DNA of 63,264 bases, counting the filler, from Pelomyxa schiedti (taxonomy: Eukaryota; Protista; Evosea): assembly GCA_020536535.1 (NCBI GenBank). It is 8 parts of 8 records of this genome, joined end to end, with 100 filler letters (N's around TTAATTAATTAA, not from the genome) between each part and the next. Parts side by side here need not be neighbours in the genome. Positions count along the whole stretch, not along the records: positions 34,388 to 51,785 come from JAHLWZ010001130.1; 7 more parts are not named here. One strand, written 5' to 3'. How positions within the stretch are numbered: position 1 is the stretch's first letter; each line of letters starts with the position of its first letter. Positions 39,567 through 51,681 of the stretch are shown in pieces. The position numbers and the translations under genes are program-made. The notes below the pieces were generated by a model. It did no database searches. It worked only from the letters and a program-made list of their open reading frames with translations, and was not told where the DNA came from.

Positions 39567-41452
39567 ATGATGGGATTACCCCTTCGGGTAACAGATCACT
39601 TCAAATTGTTTTTCCAACGAAAGGGTAGATGGAGGACGCACCGGATCCGGGAACTAATGCCTGGGTTGTTTGGGCATCTAAGATCTTGTGGAGTGTGGCA
39701 CTGGCACCACACACGTGCCTCATTCCCTGGAGCTCACTGGACGAAGACTTGTTACAAACCAAAGAAGATGAGAAGAACCTTGATACACTCTTACAGATAG
39801 CAGAAGCCTTTTTTCCGTGCTGTAACTTTTTTTTCCCCATACAGCTCTTTTATTAAGAGTTTTTTTTTTTTGAAAAACCTAGTTACATGTGTAACAGTTG
39901 TACTAACTTCTGTAGATTGGTTGCCTTGGCCGCAAAAAAATTAATAGCAGTTGCTGATGGGAGTGCAGAACTAGCGTTAGGTTTTTGTGCTACCTCTGGT
40001 AGCCGACGGGTGACAGAGTGGCTTCTTACCCATTTCCCGGAAGATACGACGTCAATTGTAAAACATTCACGCGGTTTCATGATTATGCACTTCTCATGCA
40101 TGAATGGTTGGATGGACAACGTCAAGTGGGCTGCATCCAAGTTCCCAGTCTCATGTGATGAATTGGCTGATACCTTCGTTTATTCCTGCCAGGAAGGACA
40201 GCTGGAGGTGTGCAAGTTTCTTGTGGAAAAATATGGGTTTACAGCAGATCATGTCCTCCGGGGCAACCGCCCGCCTGTAGAGACGATCCTTATGTATGGT
40301 CACTTGGATATGTTTCAGTGGCTAGTATCTACTTATGGGCTGACACGAGACAACTCTGAAATCAGCAAACATTTTGGATCTCTTCTCAGGCAGGTTCTTG
40401 GGCACGGGAACCCTGAATTTGCTGAGTGGTTCTTCACCCAGTTTGCAGTTGATCAAACTGACATTTTGGAGAACAAGATGGAGATTAATTACCGCCTTAT
40501 GGCTGCTGGAAGTGTCGAAATGGTCAAGTGGTTTACAGCCAAGTTTGAGTTTACCTGGATACCGCATCAGTATGTCATGGAAATTGCCGAGACAAGTCAT
40601 CTCGATTTTGTGGAGTGGCTCTGTGATACTTTTCCGAGTACCAGCAAGTATATCTTGAACCCAGCATGCAAGCAAGGGCATATTGATTCCGTCAAGTTTA
40701 TATGTGAAAAAATCTCTTTGGATGCATCAACTGTTTGGCCTTCCTTACTGGTCAGCCTGAAAGAAGGTTTCTTGGGAATTGCCAAATATCTGGAGACAAA
40801 ATATGGTCCCTTTGACCCAACGTACCCAGGACTACCAGATACCCTTCAATGTATTTGCAGCTCGGGAAATATTGACACACTCAAGTGGGTAACCACAAAG
40901 TATCCCCTAGTCATGCGGGTAGAACCAAGTGTGCTCTTGCCCCACGTTGCTAAACCAGCCCAAAAGAATCCAATTCCTTTCCTTCAGTGGCTTTTTGAGG
41001 ACCGCAATCTCGCTGTATCTAGCCTTCATTATGCTCAAAACGAAGTATTTCGCACATTTTGTGTGCAAGGGTACCTGGATGTACTGAAATGGTTCCTTGC
41101 CAAGGGCTACATTACTGCATGTGATTTACAACTCACTGCTGACGATTCTGAGAACGGCCCATGCACACCTCTAGAAATATACACCATCAACGGAAACATG
41201 GCAGTTGTCAAGTGGATATCTGTCAACTATCCCGAAATTGCCCAATCGCAAGCTGTGGCGTGCATCCGCCGAGCCTGCGCCGCCGACCACACATCCATAG
41301 CTAGGTTTTTACTGAGCCGGTACTCTCCTACTGTCCAGGAATTATGCCGGCACCCACCTTGCATAATGGAGCTGACTGAACACCCATTCATACTTCAACT
41401 ACTCAGGCGCCTCGTTGTTGCCCACACCCACGACTGGTGGGACTTAACTTAA
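39567..41452 (+). CDS. Ankyrin-repeat protein
   Basis: Repeated (S/A)C..G.l.(vv)KWL units in ORF 39887-41452; 5' exon uncertain. Confidence 0.75.
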
Positions 41453-41758
41453 ATTCTTGTTTGTAAATGGGGGAAAAAAACGGTGCACAACATAGTTAGC
41501 AACTTTCACAAGAGACCAGACCGTCGTTATTACGAAAAGTAATAACTTTGACCTGCATTTCACTGAAAAAGGAGAAAGCGAAAATTTTCGGGTGGTTTTG
41601 GTTTGAAACGATGTTCAGATTTTTTATGTTCGGCCTCCATGTCCCACGGTAAATAGTGACTTGTTCGTAAGTTACTTTATAAACGTTTATTATATAGTAC
41701 ATAGTAAATAAACACAACAAAAAACCTAAAAGACAAACAACAGACAAAACAAACAAAC

Positions 41759-42457
41759 ATGCAAGCTATTAAATGCGTTGTTGTTGGCGACGGAGCAGTT
41801 GGCAAGACTTGCTTGCTGATCAGTTACACGTCTGACGCGTTCCCAACCGACTACATCCCGACCGTTTTCGACAACTACAGCACGAACGTGATGGTTGACG
41901 GTCGGCCCATCAACTTGGGATTGTGGGACACTGCCGGGCAGGAGGATTATGATCGCCTTGTATGTGGAGAATTAGCTCTTTCACAACATACGTGCAACTA
42001 ATAAAATGCGCGCATCGCTTATTTAATATTTCCTCGACTGTAGCACAGCTGCTAATAAATCACACAGAGACCACTTTCATACCCTTGCACTGATGTGTTC
42101 ATCGTTGCATTCTCAGTGATCAGCCCGCCCTCATACGAGAACGTTGGCAGCAAATGGTTCCCTGAGATATCGCACCACTGCCCCAGGACACCGATCGTGC
42201 TTGTGGGAACCAAGACAGACCTCAGGGATGATAGGGAAGCCAGGGAAAGGGCCCACATCAAAGCCACACCCATCACGTATGAACAAGGAGTGGCAAGAGC
42301 AAAGGAAATTAATGCAACGAAGTATCTGGAGTGCTCTGCATTGACACAGAAGGGGCTCAAGGAGGTGTTTGATACGGCCATCAGGTGTGTGATCACGCCA
42401 CCAGTCAACGTCAAGAAGAACATCAAGAAACACAAGGGGGGTTGCAACCTCCTCTAA
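41759..42457 (+). CDS. rac: Rac-family small GTPase
   Basis: [45 protein letters not shown]|RPLSYP (GTATGT..CAG intron), ECSALTQ and CAAX box CNLL. Confidence 0.96.
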
Positions 42458-42654
42458 CATCACTGTGGCCACACAAACAACCCTTTTCAATTTTGTGTAA
42501 GAATTAACACTATTGTGTATTACAAAGTCCCACAATTCACACTCAGCCAACAAATATTCAGTTCAAGTACTAATTCTTGGCCTGGAAATTTCGCCGGTGC
42601 ATACAAAAAATAGAAATTAGCTACGGTGCTGCTTGTGCCTTTCACCCCTCAAAT

Positions 42655-42737
42655 CAATCGCGGGTTCGATTCCCGCCGTCCCCATACCCCACAGGGGGCG
42701 TCGCATAGTGGTTATTGCGTAAAGCTAGTAACTTTAC
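42655..42737 (+). tRNA. Circularly permuted tRNA-Thr(AGU)
   Basis: T arm GCGGG-TTCGATT-CCCGC (42660-42676), 3' acceptor CGTCCCC plus discriminator A (42677-42684), linker TACCCCACA, 5' acceptor GGGGGCG (42694-42700), D arm GCATAGTGGTTATTGC, anticodon arm TAAAG-CTAGTAA-CTTTA with AGT at 42727-42729. Confidence 0.85.
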
Positions 42738-42874
42738 TTCGAATTTGGTGCTCTGTTGTCTGGGTATCCAGGTGGCGGGGTGCCGCGAGGGGCAGGGCAC
42801 AACAATATTCTTCGAAACTTACACATTCTGATATAACATTGATGCACTGCAGTGCGACCACCGGCGTATTCCAA

Positions 42875-42881
42875 TTTTTTT
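42875..42881 (+). terminator. Putative RNA polymerase III terminator (T7)
   Basis: First long T run downstream of the tRNA, immediately after the closing stem. Confidence 0.5.
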
Positions 42882-43435
42882 CCATCCTCCTGTGGGGTCC
42901 CACCCAACCCAGTGACCAATCACAGTCGAGGTCACCCCAACCTGGAACTGGTTGACTCAGGCCTCTGATCTCCCATCACACACACAATAGCACTGACGTC
43001 GCCATCACTACAAGCACGAATCACACACAACACAGACGATAACGAGAATTAAGAGAACCAAGATAACTGATCCTTACCCTTTGGAGCTCCTCAGAATAAC
43101 CTACTCAGCTCCGAGAAGTACTGGATGTGGTTGGTCACTGGGTTGGGTGTGATTCGTGCTTGTAGTGATGGCGACGTCAGTGCTATTGTGTGTGTGATGG
43201 GAGATCAGAGGCCTGAGTCAACCAGTTCCAGGTTGGGGTGACCTCGACTGTGATTGGTCACTGGGTTGGGTGGGACCCCACAGGAGGATGGAAAAAAATT
43301 GGAATACGCCGGTGGTCGCACTGCAGTGCATCAATGTTATATCAGAATGTGTAAGTTTCGAAGAATATTGTTGTGCCCTGCCCCTCGCGGCACCCCGCCA
43401 CCTGGATACCCAGACAACAGAGCACCAAATTCGAA

Positions 43436-43518
43436 GTAAAGTTACTAGCTTTACGCAATAACCACTATGCGACGCCCCCTGTGGGGTATGGGGACGGCGG
43501 GAATCGAACCCGCGATTG
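43436..43518 (-). tRNA. Mirror copy of the permuted tRNA-Thr(AGU)
   Basis: Reverse complement of 42655-42737 in the palindrome arm. Confidence 0.8.
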
Positions 43519-43715
43519 ATTTGAGGGGTGAAAGGCACAAGCAGCACCGTAGCTAATTTCTATTTTTTGTATGCACCGGCGAAATTTCCAGGCCAAGAAT
43601 TAGTACTTGAACTGAATATTTGTTGGCTGAGTGTGAATTGTGGGACTTTGTAATACACAATAGTGTTAATTCTTACACAAAATTGAAAAGGGTTGTTTGT
43701 GTGGCCACAGTGATG

Positions 43716-44414
43716 TTAGAGGAGGTTGCAACCCCCCTTGTGTTTCTTGATGTTCTTCTTGACGTTGACTGGTGGCGTGATCACACACCTGATGGCCGTA
43801 TCAAACACCTCCTTGAGCCCCTTCTGTGTCAATGCAGAGCACTCCAGATACTTCGTTGCATTAATTTCCTTTGCTCTTGCCACTCCTTGTTCATACGTGA
43901 TGGGTGTGGCTTTGATGTGGGCCCTTTCCCTGGCTTCCCTATCATCCCTGAGGTCTGTCTTGGTTCCCACAAGCACGATCGGTGTCCTGGGGCAGTGGTG
44001 CGATATCTCAGGGAACCATTTGCTGCCAACGTTCTCGTATGAGGGCGGGCTGATCACTGAGAATGCAACGATGAACACATCAGTGCAAGGGTATGAAAGT
44101 GGTCTCTGTGTGATTTATTAGCAGCTGTGCTACAGTCGAGGAAATATTAAATAAGCGATGCGCGCATTTTATTAGTTGCACGTATGTTGTGAAAGAGCTA
44201 ATTCTCCACATACAAGGCGATCATAATCCTCCTGCCCGGCAGTGTCCCACAATCCCAAGTTGATGGGCCGACCGTCAACCATCACGTTCGTGCTGTAGTT
44301 GTCGAAAACGGTCGGGATGTAGTCGGTTGGGAACGCGTCAGACGTGTAACTGATCAGCAAGCAAGTCTTGCCAACTGCTCCGTCGCCAACAACAACGCAT
44401 TTAATAGCTTGCAT
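43716..44414 (-). CDS. rac: Rac GTPase (mirror copy)
   Basis: Reverse complement of 41759-42457. Confidence 0.9.
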
Positions 44415-44720
44415 GTTTGTTTGTTTTGTCTGTTGTTTGTCTTTTAGGTTTTTTGTTGTGTTTATTTACTATGTACTATATAATAAACGTTTATAAAGTA
44501 ACTTACGAACAAGTCACTATTTACCGTGGGACATGGAGGCCGAACATAAAAAATCTGAACATCGTTTCAAACCAAAACCACCCGAAAATTTTCGCTTTCT
44601 CCTTTTTCAGTGAAATGCAGGTCAAAGTTATTACTTTTCGTAATAACGACGGTCTGGTCTCTTGTGAAAGTTGCTAACTATGTTGTGCACCGTTTTTTTC
44701 CCCCATTTACAAACAAGAAT

Positions 44721-46606
44721 TTAAGTTAAGTCCCACCAGTCGTGGGTGTGGGCAACAACGAGGCGCCTGAGTAGTTGAAGTATGAATGGGTGTTCAGTCA
44801 GCTCCATTATGCAAGGTGGGTGCCGGCATAATTCCTGGACAGTAGGAGAGTACCGGCTCAGTAAAAACCTAGCTATGGATGTGTGGTCGGCGGCGCAGGC
44901 TCGGCGGATGCACGCCACAGCTTGCGATTGGGCAATTTCGGGATAGTTGACAGATATCCACTTGACAACTGCCATGTTTCCGTTGATGGTGTATATTTCT
45001 AGAGGTGTGCATGGGCCGTTCTCAGAATCGTCAGCAGTGAGTTGTAAATCACATGCAGTAATGTAGCCCTTGGCAAGGAACCATTTCAGTACATCCAGGT
45101 ACCCTTGCACACAAAATGTGCGAAATACTTCGTTTTGAGCATAATGAAGGCTAGATACAGCGAGATTGCGGTCCTCAAAAAGCCACTGAAGGAAAGGAAT
45201 TGGATTCTTTTGGGCTGGTTTAGCAACGTGGGGCAAGAGCACACTTGGTTCTACCCGCATGACTAGGGGATACTTTGTGGTTACCCACTTGAGTGTGTCA
45301 ATATTTCCCGAGCTGCAAATACATTGAAGGGTATCTGGTAGTCCTGGGTACGTTGGGTCAAAGGGACCATATTTTGTCTCCAGATATTTGGCAATTCCCA
45401 AGAAACCTTCTTTCAGGCTGACCAGTAAGGAAGGCCAAACAGTTGATGCATCCAAAGAGATTTTTTCACATATAAACTTGACGGAATCAATATGCCCTTG
45501 CTTGCATGCTGGGTTCAAGATATACTTGCTGGTACTCGGAAAAGTATCACAGAGCCACTCCACAAAATCGAGATGACTTGTCTCGGCAATTTCCATGACA
45601 TACTGATGCGGTATCCAGGTAAACTCAAACTTGGCTGTAAACCACTTGACCATTTCGACACTTCCAGCAGCCATAAGGCGGTAATTAATCTCCATCTTGT
45701 TCTCCAAAATGTCAGTTTGATCAACTGCAAACTGGGTGAAGAACCACTCAGCAAATTCAGGGTTCCCGTGCCCAAGAACCTGCCTGAGAAGAGATCCAAA
45801 ATGTTTGCTGATTTCAGAGTTGTCTCGTGTCAGCCCATAAGTAGATACTAGCCACTGAAACATATCCAAGTGACCATACATAAGGATCGTCTCTACAGGC
45901 GGGCGGTTGCCCCGGAGGACATGATCTGCTGTAAACCCATATTTTTCCACAAGAAACTTGCACACCTCCAGCTGTCCTTCCTGGCAGGAATAAACGAAGG
46001 TATCAGCCAATTCATCACATGAGACTGGGAACTTGGATGCAGCCCACTTGACGTTGTCCATCCAACCATTCATGCATGAGAAGTGCATAATCATGAAACC
46101 GCGTGAATGTTTTACAATTGACGTCGTATCTTCCGGGAAATGGGTAAGAAGCCACTCTGTCACCCGTCGGCTACCAGAGGTAGCACAAAAACCTAACGCT
46201 AGTTCTGCACTCCCATCAGCAACTGCTATTAATTTTTTTGCGGCCAAGGCAACCAATCTACAGAAGTTAGTACAACTGTTACACATGTAACTAGGTTTTT
46301 CAAAAAAAAAAAACTCTTAATAAAAGAGCTGTATGGGGAAAAAAAAGTTACAGCACGGAAAAAAGGCTTCTGCTATCTGTAAGAGTGTATCAAGGTTCTT
46401 CTCATCTTCTTTGGTTTGTAACAAGTCTTCGTCCAGTGAGCTCCAGGGAATGAGGCACGTGTGTGGTGCCAGTGCCACACTCCACAAGATCTTAGATGCC
46501 CAAACAACCCAGGCATTAGTTCCCGGATCCGGTGCGTCCTCCATCTACCCTTTCGTTGGAAAAACAATTTGAAGTGATCTGTTACCCGAAGGGGTAATCC
46601 CATCAT
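44721..46606 (-). CDS. Ankyrin-repeat protein (mirror copy)
   Basis: Reverse complement of 39567-41452. Confidence 0.7.
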
Positions 46607-46745
46607 TTTCGAGTGTGAGATCCCTGACACCTCAAATTGTTCGACGGTTCACATTCATATGCAAATGCCAATTCACTCACAAAACCAATGTGGCAGCACA
46701 CGTTGAGTAAATGGATAAATAAGCCATGATAGAATAGGTGTTGCA

Positions 46746-47945
46746 TCAGAGAGAATCATCTGGCAACTCTGGTTCCTGGAACTCAGAGAGTGGTATGTTG
46801 TGAGAAGGTGTGCCTGTGATGATGTCAAGGAGATGGAGAGCATCACTTGTCAGCAAGTTGTTCACCTCAGGTCGTGCCATGGTACTGGATGCTTGAGCTT
46901 GTGATGTGACTCCAGCTGGCACAACTACTTCCTTGTATGTTTCCATTATGGATTGACAGATGCCTTCTAGTGCATGAGAGTGGTCTGGGCTGCACAGGGC
47001 CTTTCGCACACTGTAAGGGAATTCGAGCATTACTGATGGAATGCCAAGGGTTGCGGATTGGTGAATAATTGTGGTCGGCATGGAGTCACCAGTTCCCCAA
47101 TATCCATCTAGTGCCGGCTCCATTTCCACACCCCAACTCAATAATGGATCAGCCGCTGCTGTTGGGGCTTGGCTCTTTCCTTTTATTCCTTTGACAGCAC
47201 CAGTTAGACCTCGGTACAGTGACATCTTCATCCTCCTGCAGAAGTCACTGTTGTGCGGTCCAGAATTATTTTGCCACAGAACTTGAATAGGCTTGATGCC
47301 GATATCAATATCGAGGTCAGAGCGTCTGTCTACCTGTGGCGCACTAAGAGAGGGATTACATGAAAGACATCAAACCAGCAAGATACCTTCCCATGAATAT
47401 CAACATGCAGCATTGGCACACCAAGCTGTACCCACGTTCTGCGGAATTCAAGGAGCGCCAAGTGCCATGGTGACATTGTGTACTGACACGGCCTCAAGAA
47501 GTTAGCATCAAGGTCAAGCTCAGACACCACAGCAGAGCCCCGGCTCTGCCCATGACACAAAGAAGAGGTGGCATAAACCATTGGAACATTCTCCCCACCC
47601 AATGTCCCTCCATCACGTCCACCATCCCTACTCTCACTACTTGCAGTTCCTTCACTATGTTAACTTCATGTAAGATAATAAATAAATACAATTTAAAAAA
47701 AAAACCAAGATGAAATGGAACAAAAGCCTCTCACCACGCCATGCAATGAGGCTGCCATTTGTTCTAGATGCCATTGTTGCAGCCAACAGGGAAGTGAATG
47801 CCTCCCTGCGATGAAGCTCGCGCCGCCCTTTGCCTGTGTGCTGGTCCGTGTGCCTGTACACTGCGTGACCGTGTGGGCACGTGAACAGCACCGGCCCCTG
47901 CGAAACAAACGCCACTCGGGTAGCTGTTTGAGTTGATGTGCTCAT
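46746..47945 (-). CDS. Hydrolase-like protein (mirror copy)
   Basis: Reverse complement of 38228-39427. Confidence 0.5.
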
Positions 47946-48091
47946 TCTCTCTAGAGATTGACAGTGCGACGATTGCTTGTCGACGACGAAGGAAAAACAA
48001 GGGCCAAGGGAAATTTTTAACAGTTTTTTTTAGTCTCCCTCAGCTTGCCACTTACTACAACGTAGGGTGTTGTAGAAGGGGCAACTGTTTA

Positions 48092-51000
48092 TCACATGGA
48101 GGAGAGAGACTTGTCCTCTCCTCGGCTGTCTTTATGTGGTTTGTGGGTGGGTGACTTTACTGACGGCGGGGGTGATGTGTCTGCGCTGGGTGGTGGTGGT
48201 GGTGGTGTTGTAGTTGGCGGCGTTCCCAACGTGCTGCGGGAAGACCTTTTGGTTGAGTGCGCGTGGTCGCTCGACCTTAGCGATGTTGGCGTTGGTGCCT
48301 GCGTCTGTGGGGGCGGGGCCTCTGACTCCACCGGCGGTACGGTCGATGTGAGGCTTGAAGGCATCGTGCTTATCGACCGAGAATGGGCTGTTCCGGTGGT
48401 TTCAACACAGGCCCTGGAGTGCCGCCTGGAGCGCACTGTGTGGTCCTTCTTTGGGCTGCTTGTGTGCTCGGTTACGCTGTGATGTGTTGTTGCTGCTGCT
48501 GTTGTTGTTGTTGTTGTGGAGGCACTGGACGCGGCGGAGTGCTTTTTGGTGGAGGACTTGGGTGCCTGCGGCTTTAGTTTTGAGGCTGATTGTGCATGCC
48601 GTAGGGCCGCTAGTAGCCCTGCTTGGCACTGGGGGTCCCGCGGTGGATTGCGTTTGGAATGCTTGTGTCTGTGAGTTTTTGGCTTGTCCGCTAGCTCTTT
48701 TGCTGTACCACCCGTCTTTAAAAGGCACACGGCTACACTGATATTATCTGTGCTGCCATTGAGGTACGCGGCATCACGTAGAACATAAGCAGCTGCCTCG
48801 GGGTCATCTCCATATGCGTCAAGTGCAAGATTGACAATTTCCCCTGCCTTGTCATCAGTTAGGACATCCCAGACCCCGTCACACGCAAGAAGTAAAAATC
48901 TATCGTCATCAGTTAATTTGGTGTTGCTGATGTAAGGCTCTGGATTCAGAAGAGGTTGCACAAAGAAGTCACCAAAAGACCTAGAGACGGCAATAATTCC
49001 GTTGATTCGGCCAATCTCGGTTACAAAACCTTGGAGAATCTTGAGAAACTATGTTGTGGTAATGCTCTGTTTACCCCCTAGATCTCTTATTCGTTTATAT
49101 TCATCAGCGTCAGTTGGTTTATGATCCCTGGAGAGTCGTATAGCATGATCTTTACGCCACAGAATTGCTCGAGAATCACCTGCGTTAGACATGAAAATGT
49201 GATCCCCCCATACAAGTGCAACGAGTGCAGTTGTTCCAACTTGCTGTTGTTAACCCCAAGGAAGTTAAAGATATAACTTGGAGGATTAAACTAACATAAG
49301 AATGTGCATTAAATGTATACTTGGATAACTACCTTCTGCTCTGCATCTTCCCCTAGATATTCCCTACATTTCACCTGAGTTTGTTGATAAGCAGTTTTGC
49401 AGACTTCTTCTTCATTGTCTCGCAAAACACCTATGAAATAGCCTAGTTTTTTTAAGATGGTTGAAGTTGCAATTTTCGATAGAACGTACCTGGTAGTGTT
49501 GCTGAAACAAAATCTGCCACTTCTTTACCTCCGTGTCCATCAAAGAGGCCAATGAAGTCGGCCCCAGAGGTAATTTGACCCTCAAAGCAGATAACATCTT
49601 CCTTAAAAAATAAATTGGTGGTGGATGAAATCGCACATTACCATGGATAGTCTGCGGCCCAGTGTATCAGCAATGCCAACACACATGTTTACACAAGGTG
49701 ACACAGAGTTGTGAACAGGAAGAGTTTTTTGAATGGCATCACTATTCCGATTAGCAATTATGTAATCTAATTTGGGTTATGATTGAGTACTAACAATGGA
49801 AGAGGACCTGCACACGTTTCAGGGAGAACCTCAAGTTTATTGAGGGCCACATCTAAAGTTCCCAGCTGTGGGGAGCATACTAAATTCTCGGATATGCTTG
49901 TAAATTCATTCAAGGCTGGAATAGAGTTAATTCGTTACATGTGAAAGTAATACAAAAACCTAAATCATACAAAATAAAAACCGATTGAAATTGGGTAAAC
50001 GTCTTGGACATACATAAATACAGTTTCTTCAGTGAGGAAAAAGTTCCAACAGGTTGCTCTCTTAATACACATCCAGAAAGATTCAGTTCTATTAGACTTG
50101 GAGGTAATTCAGGTGTCTCCAAAAATGGATTGTATCCAGCCGTGAAATTACTGAGCCGTGCCAGCGCTATTACTTGTTTTTAGTTCCGGAACGGTTAAAA
50201 GAACTGTAATCAACCTGTTAGTGATGGACAATGTGCTATACAGTTGCAGGAAATGTCAAGTTGCTCAAGCCTCACCATAGAAGACAAAGACTCTGGTAAC
50301 GTAGTCAACTGGTTGTTACTCTGGAATTGGTGGTTAATTTCAAGGAAAAAAGTTTCTGAGGTTTGGACGCACAATATACAGACAAGCCAACGTTGTGGCG
50401 GGCGTAAGATCTGGAAGATTTCCAAGATTGTTTCGGGATAGGTTGCATATTGAAATACAGGGAAAATGAGCAAAAAAATCATCTGGTAGGTGCTCAAGCA
50501 ACATGTCATGTGCACCTAATTCAAGAAGGGAAACCCATGTGTTTTTGCGGAATTCCCCATTGCGAGTGACAAACCAGCTTGAAGGGAAAGCGGATATTGG
50601 GTTGTTGGAAATATCAAGTGTTGCAAGGAAAGGTAGATGCGGCAGTTCATCAGGAACTTGTTAAGAAGATGAGCAAGCTTAAAGATTATTCTCAAAGAAA
50701 CAGGCTTACGAGATGTGAGACGATTATCTGACAAAATCAGTGTGTCTAATTTACATAGTGAACATAAACTATCAGGAATTGAAGTCAGGCGATTGAAGGA
50801 AGCATTCAGTGTGCGGAGTTCATGGATCTTGCCGATATTGGGTGGGAGGGCCCTCAGCTTATTATGGTCCAGAATGAGATAATTTATATGACAAGTTCCA
50901 CTTCTGGATGTTTTAGGGGAGCCAGGTTGGCTGGTAGGTAACGCAACCGCCTTTTCGCCCACTTCACTGGATTTCGCAGCAGTGCCAGTCGACTCTGGGG

Positions 51001-51681
51001 TCTGAGGACTGACAGTCGGATTCGCAACAGGGCGGTGCAAGTCAATCACGCCACATTCGCCCCTCAGGCCCGCCCGCGCAAGGTCCAGGGTAATTATGGA
51101 AGGGAGGCCAAATGCATGAGCAGGGAATCCACTGTCCCCAAGCGGGTTCAGGGCGGCTTTAAGCGTCATCAGGTTGCCAAGTGAGGCAAGAGTCTCGCGG
51201 GGGAGATCTCGTATGGAGTTGCCCGAGATCACCAGGTGCCTCAGGGTCGCCGCGAGGGAAGCCACCGTCTCGGAGGGGAAATGCTCCATCCGGTTGTGGC
51301 TCACGTCGAGCTCGGTCAGAGCCGGCAAAGTCGAAATGTAGGGCGGGATGCTGCTGATGAGGTTGCCGTACACGGAAATGCTGAGGACGCGGTTGCGCCG
51401 GGGCTCGACGTCCGACTCGGCCGGGAACGACGTGGCGCCGTTGGATTGGAGCACGATGCGCACGGGCGCCGACGGGACCGGGGATCCGCCTCGCCGGCCC
51501 CGGTCGACCTTCCCCTCGCGTGTTTGTTGTGCACCCGTTTGCTTTGAGTTTTTTGCGTTCACAGATTTCGGCTTAATCGCATTTCAAACAGTTCAAACAC
51601 CTTGATGGATCTCGGACTGGCAAGACAACAGAACCAAGGTATGAAAATGGAAGTGCCTCTTCCTTTTTCACTCAGAGACAT
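48092..51681 (-). CDS. LRR-PP2C phosphatase (mirror copy)
   Basis: Reverse complement of 34492-38081. Confidence 0.85.

Larger units (their letters stand above)
42583..42881 (+). ncRNA. Putative structured precursor/host RNA enclosing the permuted tRNA
   Basis: Nested helices 42583-42599/42859-42873 and 42633-42650/42787-42802, plus a 16-bp hairpin at 42748-42783 with 8 G-U pairs, followed by T7. Confidence 0.55.

Noticed and set aside
42655-42737. Two-piece (permuted) tmRNA
   Set aside because: The gene order is similar, but there is a full D stem and anticodon arm, the G-U pair is at 5:68 rather than 3:70, and no tag ORF is evident.
42583-42935. RNase P/MRP, SRP RNA, hammerhead or group I intron identity for the tRNA flanks
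   Set aside because: Only scattered partial motifs are present (GGAAATTTCG, AGAAA, GAAAC, a GCGA tetraloop). I could not build a consistent P4/P1, SRP helix 8 or catalytic core; an Rfam search is needed.
42626-42955. 109-aa ORF over the tRNA locus
   Set aside because: GTG start, no recognisable motifs, and better explained by RNA structure.
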